Below are positions 9,649 to 19,949 of a stretch of DNA of 32,000 nt, piece by piece (the first letter of the stretch is position 1; each line of letters opens with the position of its first letter). Below the pieces are notes generated by a model, which searched no databases, was not told the origin of the DNA, and saw only the letters and a list, made by a program, of their open reading frames with translations. This DNA is from Raphidiopsis brookii D9. Its GTDB lineage: Bacteria; Cyanobacteriota; Cyanobacteriia; Cyanobacteriales; Nostocaceae. Where the stretch lies: positions 60,127 through 92,126 of the forward strand of contig ACYB01000007.1 of the NCBI GenBank assembly GCA_000175855.1, read 5' to 3'. The position numbers and the translations under genes are program-made.

Positions 9649-11525
9649 ATGCGCTCCGTCCAATCTAATCAATTTGATTACGTCAAAATTGGCATTGCTT
9701 CACCAGAACGTATCCGCGCTTGGGGGAACGTACCTTACCTAATGGTCAGGTGGTTGGTGAGGTGACAAAACCTGAAACCATTAACTACCGCACCCTCAAG
9801 CCAGAAATGGATGGTTTGTTTTGCGAGCGGATCTTTGGCCCTGCTAAAGACTGGGAATGTCATTGTGGTAAATATAAACGGGTTCGTCATAGAGGTATTG
9901 TCTGTGAGCGCTGTGGGGTAGAGGTAACGGAATCACGAGTTCGCCGCCATAGAATGGGTTTCATTAAGTTAGCAGCACCCGTAGCCCATGTTTGGTATCT
10001 CAAAGGCATCCCTAGTTATATTGCTATACTATTAGACATGCCTCTACGAGATGTTGAGCAAATCGTCTACTTTAACTCCTATGTAGTTTTAGCTCCTGGT
10101 AATGCTGACACACTGGTTTACAAGCAATTATTAACAGAAGACCAATGGTTAGAAGTTGAAGACAGGATTTATAGTGAAGATTCTCAACTAGTAGGCGTAG
10201 AAGTAGGAATTGGTGCTGAAGCTTTACTACGTTTATTGTCAGATATTAATTTAGAAGAAGAGGCGGAAAAACTACGGGGGGAAATTGAATCGGCAAAGGG
10301 ACAAAAACGGGCCAAATTGATTAAACGTCTGCGGGTAATTGACAATTTCATTGCCACTGGTTCCAAACCGGAATGGATGGTGATGTCAGCTATTCCAGTC
10401 ATTCCACCCGATCTCCGTCCCATGGTCCAACTGGATGGTGGTAGATTTGCTACTAGCGATTTAAACGACCTCTATCGTCGGGTAATCAATCGCAATAATC
10501 GTTTAGCTAGGCTACAGGAAATCCTGGCACCGGAAATCATTGTCCGCAATGAAAAACGTATGTTACAGGAAGCGGTAGATGCTTTAATTGACAATGGTCG
10601 GAGAGGACGCACCGTAGTGGGAGCCAATAACCGTCCATTAAAGTCCTTATCAGATATTATAGAAGGTAAACAGGGACGATTTCGGCAAAACCTCCTGGGT
10701 AAAAGAGTTGACTACTCAGGACGTTCGGTTATTGTAGTTGGTCCCAAGTTGCAAATTCATCAGTGTGGACTCCCCAGGGAAATGGCCATAGAACTGTTTC
10801 AGCCGTTTGTGATTAATCGTTTAATTCGATCGGGAATAGTTAACAATATTAAAGCAGCCAAAAAGCTCATTTCTCGTAACGATCCTACTGTTTGGGATGT
10901 TTTGGAAGAAGTAATAGAAGGACATCCGGTTATGCTAAACCGTGCACCTACACTTCATAGATTAGGAATTCAGTCTTTCGAGCCCATATTAGTAGAGGGA
11001 AGAGCGATACAGTTACATCCTCTTGTTTGTCCAGCATTCAATGCTGACTTTGATGGAGATCAGATGGCTGTTCACGTTCCTTTGTCCTTAGAAAGCCAAG
11101 CGGAAGCAAGACTGTTAATGTTAGCATCTAACAACATTCTTTCGCCTGCTACGGGTAAACCCATTGTCACACCCAGCCAAGACATGGTTTTGGGAGCCTA
11201 TTACCTCACTGCTGAAAATCCTAATGCTAGCAAGGGAGCAGGCAAATACTTTGCCTCCCTAGACGATGTAATTATGGCATATCAACAAGATCAAGTGGAA
11301 CTACATGCCTATATTTATGTTCGATTCGATGGCGATGTGCAAACAGGACAACCGGATAACGAACCCTTGGAAGTTACAGAAAACGAAGATGGTAGCCGTA
11401 CTCTCTTGTATAAATTTCGTCGAATACGAGAAGATGCCCAAGGGAATTTAATTTCCCAATATATTTACACCACTCCTGGCAGAGTGATTTATAACAAAGC
11501 AATTCAAGATGCTTTAGCCACCTAA
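9649..11525 (+). CDS. rpoC1: RNA polymerase gamma subunit (N-terminal half of beta-prime); frame broken as sequenced at G5 9722-9726
   Basis: The ATG at 9649 encodes [26 protein letters not shown], the conserved beta-prime N-terminus. The protein continues in the next frame as [23 protein letters not shown] (ORF 9720..11525). It has the Zn finger [23 protein letters not shown] and the catalytic [14 protein letters not shown]. One extra G in the run restores a single 625-aa ORF. Confidence 0.93.
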
Positions 11526-11567
11526 TTACCCGTCCCGTTTGTCCTATTCTCCATTTCTTAACCCACC

Positions 11568-14500
11568 ATGACAGAAAAAATGATTTTCCGTAACCTTGTT
11601 GTCAACAAAGGTCAATTAAGAAACTTAATTTCCTGGGCATTTACCCACTATGGTACAGCCCGGACAGCTGTGATGGCAGATAAACTAAAAGACCTAGGAT
11701 TCCGGTTTGCGACCAAAGCCGGTGTATCCATTAGTGTAGACGATTTAATGGTTCCTCCCTCTAAAAAGTCCCTTTTACAGGCGGCTGAGGCGGAAATCTT
11801 GAGTACAGAGGCAAAATTTAAGCGTGGTGAAATTACGGAAGTAGAGCGATTCCAAAAAGTAATTGATACATGGAATAGTACCTCTGAAAATCTCAAAGAC
11901 GAAGTAGTTAATCACTTTAAAACTACAAATCCTCTTAATTCAGTTTATATGATGGCCTTTTCTGGAGCCAGAGGAAACATATCCCAAGTGAGACAATTAG
12001 TGGGAATGCGGGGACTAATGGCAGATCCCCAGGGAGAAATTATTGACTTGCCAATTAAGACCAATTTTCGGGAAGGCCTAACAGTTACCGAGTACATTAT
12101 CTCCAGTTATGGTGCGAGAAAGGGATTAGTAGACACAGCACTACGAACCGCTGACTCAGGTTATTTAACCCGACGATTAGTGGATGTTTCCCAAGACGTG
12201 ATTATTAGGGAAGTAGACTGTGGAACCCTAAGAGGTGTACCCGTACGGGACATGACAGAAGGGGCAAAAGTATTAATTCCCCTAGGGACAAGACTACTAG
12301 GGAGGGTTGTAGCTAAAGATATTATTAATCCCACAACTGGGGAGATTCTGGCAACCCGGAATACACCGATTTCCGACGAACTAGCAGCGGAAATCCACAA
12401 AGCGGGAGTAAAAGAAGTATTGGTAAGATCACCATTAACCTGTGAAGCTGCCCGTTCCGTATGTCAACATTGCTACGGGTGGAGCCTGGCATACGCCAAA
12501 ATGGTGGATTTGGGCGAAGCAGTGGGAATTATTGCAGCTCAAAGTATTGGGGAACCCGGAACTCAATTAACCATGCGGACCTTCCATACTGGTGGGGTAT
12601 TTACAGGAGAAGTTGCCCAACAGGTAAGAGCCAAAATCCCAGGAACCATCAAATTTTCCCGCAGCTTAAAGACCCGTCCCTATCGGACTCGTCATGGAGA
12701 AGATGCTTTATATGCTGAAACCAACGGCAATTTAATCCTCGAAAGTCCCACCCAGGATCATCAAGAAATTTCTGTGACCCAGGGTTCCACACTATATATT
12801 GTCCCAGGTCAAAAGGTTGAGGTGTCAGAATTGCTGGCCGAAGTAGCTTTAGGAGGTAAAACCACTAAAGCTAATACAGAAAAAGCAGTAAAAGATGTGG
12901 CTTCTGATTTGGCGGGTGAAGTAGTATTTGCTGATGTTTTAGCTGAACAAAAAACTGACCGTCAGGGAAACACCACCACAACAGCAACAAGAGGTGGTTT
13001 GATTTGGATTTTGTCGGGAGAAGTTTATAATTTACTCCCCGGTGCAGAATTGGTAGTCAAAAATGGAGATAAGATTACTACTAATGGAGTGTTGGCAGAG
13101 ACTAGACTCAATACCGTACATGGAGGAGTGGTTCGCCTACCTGAACCCATTCCTGGTCGTCCCACCAGAGAAATTGAAATCATTACAGCTTCTGTAATTT
13201 TAGACCAAGCAACAGTCACAGTTCATAGTTCTCAAGGGAAAAATAATTATTTGATTCATACTGGTCCAAGACACCAGGAAGAAATCTCCAAAGAGAATAT
13301 CAGTGAGGGATCTTTCCCATCCCAAACATTTAATCTCAGGGCCACACCCGGAACCAAAGTACAAAATGGTCAAGTTGTGGCTGAATTGATTGACGATAGA
13401 TATCGCACTACCACGGGAGGAATGTTGAAATTTGCCGGAATTGAAGTCCAGAAAAAAGGCAAGGCTAAACTCGGTTATGAGGTGGTAAGTGGGGGACTTT
13501 GTTGTGGATACCTGAAGAAACCCACGAAGTGAATAAGGATATTTCTCTACTTTTAGTAGAAGATGGACAATTTGTGGAAGCAAGCACAGAAGTAGTTAAA
13601 GATATATTCTGTCAAACCAGTGGAGTGGTGGAAATTACCCAAAAAAACGACATTCTGAGGGAGATAGTCATTAAACCCGGCGAACTTTTGATGGTAGATG
13701 ATCCAGAAGCAGTGCTGGGGAGAGATAATACCTTTATTCACCCCCAAGAGGAGTTACTAGGGACTACTGTAACGGAAATGCGTTACATTCAATATGTGGA
13801 ATCTCCCGAAGGACCAGCTCTTTTGAGTCGTCCTGTGGTGGAATTTCAGGTCTCATCCCACCCCAATTTACCTTCCACTACTTCTGTTAGTCAACAAACC
13901 GGAAGGTCGATACAATTAAGAGCAGTACAGCGGTTACCATACAAAGATGGGGAGCGCGTGAAAGCTGTAGATGGGGTTGAATTGCTCAGAACCCAACTAG
14001 TATTAGAGATTGAACAGGAGGGAGAGCAAGACCATGCTTCTCCTTTAGCAGCAGATATTGAATTAGTCCCTGATAGTGAAAACTCTGAGATTCAACGTCT
14101 GCAATTAGTGATTTTGGAATCTCTATCACTGAGGCGAGATATGGCAGCTGATGCCACCCAAGGTAGCACCCATACCACTTTAGAGGTAGAAGATGGTATT
14201 ACCATTCCACCTGGATCAGTAGTAGCAAGAACTCAGATCCTTTCCAAGGAAGGAGGAATCATACGAGGGGTAAGACCGGGTGCAGAAGCAGTTCGACGCT
14301 GTCTTATCCTCAGAGATACTGATATGATTGTCGTTAAGACAAATCTTCCACCTACTGTGAAAAAGGGAGATCTATTGGTACAAGGCACGGAAATTGCTCC
14401 AGGAATAACAGCTCCTGTTTCTGGACAGTTGGTAGATATTAGTCATCAATTACCCCCCAACAACAATCAACAAGAACAGCTGGTAGAAGCAGCATACTCC

Positions 14501-15709
14501 TTGAAAATTCGCACAGGTCGTCCCTATCGGGTTAGTCCAGGAGCAGTCTTACAAATAGAAGACGGTGGATTGGTACAAAGGGGAGATAATTTAGTTCTAT
14601 TGGTGTTTGAACGCGCAAAAACAGGAGATATTATCCAAGGGTTGCCAAGAATTGAAGAATTGTTGGAAGCTCGTAAACCCAAAGAAGCATGTATTTTATC
14701 CCGTCGTTCTGGGGAAGTAAAAGTAGTTTATGGGGAAGGGGATGAAAACCTGGTCAGTCGGGAAGCATATTCAGTTAAGGTTGTAGAATCTGATGGTGTG
14801 GTAATAGACTATCCTTTAGGACCAGGACAGAATTTAATCGTTCCCGATGGTGCGATGGTAGAAGCTGGTCAACCATTAACTGATGGACCTTCTAACCCCC
14901 ATGAAATTTTAGAAATCTTCTTCAGTTTGGGGTCTGAGGATGGCCTTTACGCTTGTGCTAGTCATGCTCTACAAAAAGTGCAAAGCTTTTTAGTGAATGA
15001 GGTACAAATGGTATACCAGTCTCAGGGAATTGACATTGCAGACAAACACATTGAAGTCATAGTCCGACAAATGACTAACAAAGTGCGTATTGATGATGGT
15101 GGTGATACCATTATGTTACCTGGAGAACTAGTTGAATTAAAACAGGTAGAGCAGGTAAATGAGGCTATGTCAATTACCGGGGGGGCTAGAGCTCAGTACA
15201 CACCAGTATTGCTGGGTATAACAAAAGCATCATTAAATACGGATAGTTTTATTTCTGCAGCTTCCTTCCAAGAAACCACAAGGGTGTTGACAGAAGCAGC
15301 TATTGAGGGTAAATCTGACTGGTTAAGAGGACTCAAAGAGAACGTTATCATAGGAAGATTGATTCCCGCTGGTACTGGTTATAACACTTATGAAGAGGTA
15401 GGAGCAATTGAGGACTATGGTACAGATGTGGCTACGGGTGTCTTAGATGAGGTAGATGATCCATTGGATATCGTTTTAGATGACCGAACCGCCAAGCTGT
15501 ATAGTTTGGATAACTCTGGACTAGATGGCACTTATGATGATAGCTATGATCACGATAACACCTATGGTAGTAACCATAGTACGGTTTTAGAGGATGAAGA
15601 TGAGGATCTAATTACCGATGAAGTAATTACAGGTGTAGATGAAGATGAAGATGAGGATGATTACGAAGACGAGGATGAAGATGATTTTGATATAGATGTA
15701 GATCTGTAA
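11568..15709 (+). CDS. rpoC2: RNA polymerase beta-prime subunit (C-terminal half, cyanobacterial type with a large insertion); frame broken as sequenced at G5 13491-13495
   Basis: ORF 11568..13532 ends ..[10 protein letters not shown] then runs out of frame. ORF 13499..15709 continues (T)[18 protein letters not shown]. Motifs include [17 protein letters not shown] (trigger loop) and [38 protein letters not shown]. One extra base in the G run joins them into an ORF of about 1380 aa. Confidence 0.93.
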
Positions 15710-15729
15710 TCATTGATGTTTAACCATTT

Positions 15730-15756
15730 GGGGGAGTCATTTCCCCTTTTCTTTCT
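15730..15756 (+). terminator. Rho-independent terminator candidate after rpoC2
   Basis: Stem GGGGA (15731-15735) / TCCCC (15742-15746), 6-nt loop, then TTTTCTTTCT. It lies about 20 nt after the rpoC2 stop. Confidence 0.5.
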
Positions 15757-15772
15757 CCATCCCTAGAGTAAT

Positions 15773-16303
15773 ATGAATTCCAACCTAGAAAATTTAGAGT
15801 TTATTGACTATATTGACCACAGTGGTGAATTACCCATACAACTTGAAGGTAAGATAGGTGTTTATGCAATTTTTAATCAGGAAAAAATTTTGCAATTCAT
15901 TGGTTATTCCCGTGATGTTTATCTCAGTTGTAAGCAACATTTAGTTCGTCAACCCCATAAATGTTATTGGTTAAAAGTCCACACTATTGAACGTCCTGAC
16001 CGAAAAATTCTGTCGGAGATTGAAAATAGCTGGATTGCCCAAAATGGTAGTCTACCACCGGGCAATGGTGAGAATAAGCAAATATGGACTAATGCCATTA
16101 ATGTTCAAGAGTTAATGACTGATACAGAAAAAGAGGATTATCAAAATCCATTAATTGATGATTTAGCTAAGACTAAAGTGTTAAAGAATGTATCACGTCG
16201 ATTAGAGTCAGAAATATTAGAAGTGTTGAGAGCAAGGGGGTTGAAAACTCAAATTCGCTTTAACCCGAAGTTGAAAGAGGAGGGTTTACTGGATTTAAAA
16301 TAA
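15773..16303 (+). CDS. GIY-YIG-like domain protein (176 aa)
   Basis: The N-terminal region GVYAIFNQEKILQFIGYSRDV resembles the GIY...YIG nuclease motif pair. The rest is unassigned. Confidence 0.5.
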   Translation: MNSNLENLEFIDYIDHSGELPIQLEGKIGVYAIFNQEKILQFIGYSRDVYLSCKQHLVRQPHKCYWLKVHTIERPDRKILSEIENSWIAQNGSLPPGNGENKQIWTNAINVQELMTDTEKEDYQNPLIDDLAKTKVLKNVSRRLESEILEVLRARGLKTQIRFNPKLKEEGLLDLK

Positions 16304-16425
16304 CCTCACCTCCAGATGGTAGTATAATCCGAATTATAATTTAGAGGAGTTCCCTACCCAGGAAAAGACCTCTCTAGTCCAAAATGAATCATCATATATT
16401 ACCTTAAACAGTCAAACAGATAACC

Positions 16426-18387
16426 ATGCTAGAACAAGGTACTATCAGTATACACACTGAGAATATTTTCCCCATTATCAAGAAATCTCTCTATTCGGAT
16501 CATCAAATATTCCTGCGCGAACTCATATCTAACGCGGTAGATGCGATCCAAAAAATCAAAATGGTCTCCCGTGCTGGGGAGTATGATGGAGATATGGGGG
16601 AACCGGAAATTACCATTGCCATTGACAAGGAGAAGAAAACCCTTTCCATCTCTGATAATGGTATTGGGATGACTGGGGAAGAAGTAAAAAAATATATTAA
16701 CCAAGTAGCTTTCTCCAGTGCAGAAGAGTTTATTCATAAGTATGAAGGAAAAGCAGATCAACCAATTATTGGTCATTTCGGTTTAGGTTTCTATTCTTCT
16801 TTTATGGTGGCTACAAGGGTTGAAATAGATACCCTTTCTTACAAAGAGGGTTCGCAAGCAGTACATTGGAGTTGTGATGGTTCACCAGAATTTACTTTAG
16901 ATCAATCTTCTCGTCACAGTCGTGGTACAACGGTCACTTTAACGTTAATGCCCGATGAAGAAGATTATTTAGAGACAGCCAGAATTAAAAATTTGGTCAA
17001 AACCTATTGTGATTTTATGCCAGTTCCCATCAAACTAGATGGAGAGGTGTTAAATAAACAAAAAGCACCCTGGCGAGAATCTCCCAGCACTTTGACCCAG
17101 GAAGATTATTTGGAGTTTTACCGCTACCTTTATCCCTTTCAGGAAGAACCTTTATTGTGGGTTCATTTGAACACGGATTATCCATTTATTATTAATGGAA
17201 TTTTGTATTTCCCTAAAATGCGTCCTGATGTGGATGTAACTAAGGGACAAACTAAGTTGTTCTGTAATCAAGTTTTCGTCAGCGATAATTGTGATGAAAT
17301 TATTCCCCAATTTTTGATTCCTATGCGGGGTGTTATTGATAGTACGGATATTCCTTTGAACGTTTCTCGCAGTGCATTGCAAGGCGATCGCACGGTGAGG
17401 AAAATAGGAGATTATATCGCTAAAAAGGTGGGTGATAGACTAAAGGAACTCTATAGGAGCGATCGGGAACAATATATCAAAGCTTGGAAGGACTTAGGGA
17501 CTTTTGTTAAGTTTGGAGTTCTCAATGACGAGAAATTTAAAAAACAAGTGGAAGATATAATTGTTTTCCGAACTACTGCTAAATTCACTGAAAGTCCCGC
17601 CCATGAACCAACAGTTGAGGTGCAGTCAGCGGAGGGTGATATTTGGCAAGATGTGAATAAGAGCAACACCAATACCTTGCCCTACACCACCCTGAAGGAA
17701 TATCTGGAGCGGAACAAAGAGCGTCAGGAAAATAAGGTATTTTATAGCACTGATGAAGCTAGCCAAGCTACATATATAGAGCTACACAAAAATCAAGGTT
17801 TAGAAGTTCTATTTATGGACTCGTTCATTGATACTCACTTTATTAATTTTCTAGAAAGGGAATATCAGGATGTTAAATTTACTAGGGTAGATTCTGACCT
17901 AGATAACACATTATTAGATGATAAATCGGGGGAAATTGTAGACCCAACAACACAGAAAACCAAGAGTGAAACCATCAAGGAGTTATTTGAGAAATCCCTC
18001 AACAAACCCAAGGTAAATATTCGCACTGAAGCCTTGAAATCCGATGATCCTCAAGGAACACCACCAGCAGTAGTGTTATTACCAGAAATTCTTCGTCGTC
18101 TGCGGGAAATGAATGCCATGATGCAACAACAAAATGCCGATTTTCCTGAAGATCACATTTTGTTGGTGAATACGGCCCATCCTTTGATTCAAAACCTAGT
18201 TAGCTTGAATCAGGGCACTATTATTCAAGACGGGGGTGAATCACCAACAGGAAAATTGGTGAAAATGATTTGTCAGCACGTTTATGATTTAGCATTAATG
18301 TCTCAAAAGGGCTTTGATGCAGAGGGGATGAAGTCTTTTGTTGAACGTTCTAACGAGGTGTTAACTAAGTTAACTTCAGCAAGTTAA
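16426..18387 (+). CDS. htpG: Hsp90-family chaperone HtpG
   Basis: 653 aa with GHKL ATPase motifs (FLRELISNAVDA, SDNGIGMT, GHFGLGFYSSFMV) and the Hsp90 middle-domain motif IPLNVSRSALQ. Confidence 0.95.
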   Translation: MLEQGTISIHTENIFPIIKKSLYSDHQIFLRELISNAVDAIQKIKMVSRAGEYDGDMGEPEITIAIDKEKKTLSISDNGIGMTGEEVKKYINQVAFSSAEEFIHKYEGKADQPIIGHFGLGFYSSFMVATRVEIDTLSYKEGSQAVHWSCDGSPEFTLDQSSRHSRGTTVTLTLMPDEEDYLETARIKNLVKTYCDFMPVPIKLDGEVLNKQKAPWRESPSTLTQEDYLEFYRYLYPFQEEPLLWVHLNTDYPFIINGILYFPKMRPDVDVTKGQTKLFCNQVFVSDNCDEIIPQFLIPMRGVIDSTDIPLNVSRSALQGDRTVRKIGDYIAKKVGDRLKELYRSDREQYIKAWKDLGTFVKFGVLNDEKFKKQVEDIIVFRTTAKFTESPAHEPTVEVQSAEGDIWQDVNKSNTNTLPYTTLKEYLERNKERQENKVFYSTDEASQATYIELHKNQGLEVLFMDSFIDTHFINFLEREYQDVKFTRVDSDLDNTLLDDKSGEIVDPTTQKTKSETIKELFEKSLNKPKVNIRTEALKSDDPQGTPPAVVLLPEILRRLREMNAMMQQQNADFPEDHILLVNTAHPLIQNLVSLNQGTIIQDGGESPTGKLVKMICQHVYDLALMSQKGFDAEGMKSFVERSNEVLTKLTSAS

Positions 18388-18497
18388 ATAGTCCCCCAGG
18401 GACTGCTATCATGGAATGCAACCCTGCTAACTGAATTGCAAACACAGTTCAAACACAATTGGAAATGTTTAAAATTCCTCAATTTTTGGGCAAAAGG

Positions 18498-18526
18498 TTG
18501 ACATTCTGGGAATTTCTGTTTAGTAT
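18498..18526 (+). promoter_or_regulatory. Near-consensus sigma70-type promoter upstream of sodB
   Basis: TTGACA (18498-18503), a 17-nt spacer, then TAGTAT (18521-18526). It is about 150 nt upstream of the sodB ATG. The -10 region is duplicated (TAGTATAGTAT). Confidence 0.5.
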
Positions 18527-18676
18527 AGTATGGTACACAATTGCCCGCAAAACCTAAACCATTGAAAGGCCACGAGGAAAAATCAAAGCGTGTTTAGGCT
18601 AAGGGTATAAGTTACCAGTAATTTTCGAGGTTTGAGCAATAGCTCACCGATAACCATAAAGAGAGGACTTGAAAAC

Positions 18677-19273
18677 ATGGCATTTACACAGCTTCCCTTA
18701 CCATACGACTTTAACGCTTTAGAAAGTTACGGCATGAAGGCTGAAACCTTTGAATACCACTATGGTAAGCATCACAAAGCATATGTAGACAACCTAAACA
18801 AGCTAACTGAAGGTACAGATTTGGCGGATAAGTCTCTGGAAGAAGTAATCCAAATTTCCTTCAAAGACCCATCTAAAGCTGGAATTTTCAACAATGCAGC
18901 ACAGGTTTGGAACCATACTTTCTTTTGGAATTCGCTCAAACCCGCAGGTGGCGGTGTCCCTACCGGAGCATTAGCAGACAAAATCAGTCAAGACTTTGGC
19001 AGCTTTGACAAGTTCAAAGAGGAATTTTCCACAGCAGCAGCAACCCAATTTGGTAGTGGTTGGGCTTGGTTAGTTGATGATGGTGGCACACTCAAAGTAG
19101 TCAAAACGCCGAATGCTGAGAACCCTTTAGTTCACGGTAAAAAACCACTCCTAACCCTTGACGTGTGGGAGCACGCTTATTATATAGACTTTAAAAATGC
19201 GCGTCCCGCATTCATCAAAAATTTCTTAGACAATTTAGCCAACTGGGAATTTGTAGCAGCGAATTTAGGTTAA
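18677..19273 (+). CDS. sodB: Iron superoxide dismutase
   Basis: MAFTQLPLPYDFNALE, YHYGKHHKAY, FNNAAQVWNHTFFW (Fe-type signature) and DVWEHAYY. The ATG at 18677 is preferred over the TTG at 18632. Confidence 0.93.
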   Translation: MAFTQLPLPYDFNALESYGMKAETFEYHYGKHHKAYVDNLNKLTEGTDLADKSLEEVIQISFKDPSKAGIFNNAAQVWNHTFFWNSLKPAGGGVPTGALADKISQDFGSFDKFKEEFSTAAATQFGSGWAWLVDDGGTLKVVKTPNAENPLVHGKKPLLTLDVWEHAYYIDFKNARPAFIKNFLDNLANWEFVAANLG

Positions 19274-19323
19274 ATGTGAAAGCAAAAATAAAACATTCAA
19301 GGTTTTAAGCGATTAAACTACAG

Positions 19324-19393
19324 CTTTAGCCAGAACGTGATAGACAGGGGAGCCAGGGAATTAATTCCCTGGTTCAAAGCTAAAGTTGGTTTT
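19324..19393 (+). terminator. Long hairpin or possible sodB terminator centred on a perfect 20-bp palindrome
   Basis: The outer stem CTTTAGC (19324-19330) / GCTAAAG (19379-19385) encloses the perfect palindrome CCAGGGAATTAATTCCCTGG (19353-19372). TTGGTTTT follows. Confidence 0.35.
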
Positions 19394-19511
19394 CAACCGA
19401 CTAGTTTTGTTGGTGGGGGATTGTGGGTTAACCTGCATTATTCATGAAGCTAAAAATAGGCAAAACAAAACCTAACATTTATCCCCCAATTTGTGAGCGA
19501 TCGCCTAATTA

Positions 19512-19949
19512 TTAACTTGCATCTTCTAAGTATTGTAGTCCCCACTGATATAAAGAACGCATTAATAAATTGTTGAAATTGGGGGGAGTGCCAATTTCTC
19601 TTAGTGTCTGCATCATTAAGTTTTTAATGATTGTTGATGTTGTTGGTATTTTAACTCCATCAAAGTTGTTATTAGCCCAAAGATAACCGACCTGTTTGGC
19701 ATCTATTGATTCACCATCATGAATAATTTTATTGCGTTTTTTTCTAATATCACTCATTAAGTTTGACCATTTTTTATCTTCTTTAAATCTACTATATGAA
19801 CACCACCCTTGCATCAATTCTGCCAGTGTTGGTTCATCTTTATCTTTGGGTATCCAACCTTTGGTATACCATTTCTTATTAATAGATTCCAGATATAATA
19901 ATTGTTCTAAAATCTGTACAAACTGAATGAATGCTATGGTATAATTTCC
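19512..19949 (-). CDS. csx1: HEPN RNase domain; C-terminal part of a Csx1/Csm6-like CARF-HEPN protein, out of frame with the upstream CARF ORF
   Basis: Contains the R-x4-H HEPN catalytic motif (RKKRNKIIHDG). The frame is open from 19949, with no ATG until 19814, and reads GNYTIAFIQFVQILEQLLYLESINKKW..., a typical first HEPN helix. It overlaps the CARF ORF stop. Confidence 0.7.
   Translation of the reverse strand, partial: GNYTIAFIQFVQILEQLLYLESINKKWYTKGWIPKDKDEPTLAELMQGWCSYSRFKEDKKWSNLMSDIRKKRNKIIHDGESIDAKQVGYLWANNNFDGVKIPTTSTIIKNLMMQTLREIGTPPNFNNLLMRSLYQWGLQYLEDAS

Noticed and set aside
9720-9722. The TTG at 9720 as the genuine rpoC1 start (as in the ORF track)
   Set aside because: The conserved beta-prime N-terminus ([16 protein letters not shown]) is encoded just upstream in another frame, starting from the ATG at 9649. 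The TTG is only the first in-frame start-like codon after a frame break.
13499-15709. A separate 736-aa gene starting at the TTG at 13499
   Set aside because: It is the direct continuation of RpoC2 (..GG|[12 protein letters not shown]..). Cyanobacterial rpoC2 is one gene of about 1350-1400 codons.
19389-19432. GTTTTCAAC...GGGTTAAC segment resembling a lone CRISPR repeat downstream of the HEPN ORF
   Set aside because: There is only one copy and no second unit or spacer periodicity anywhere in the window, so it cannot be supported as CRISPR.
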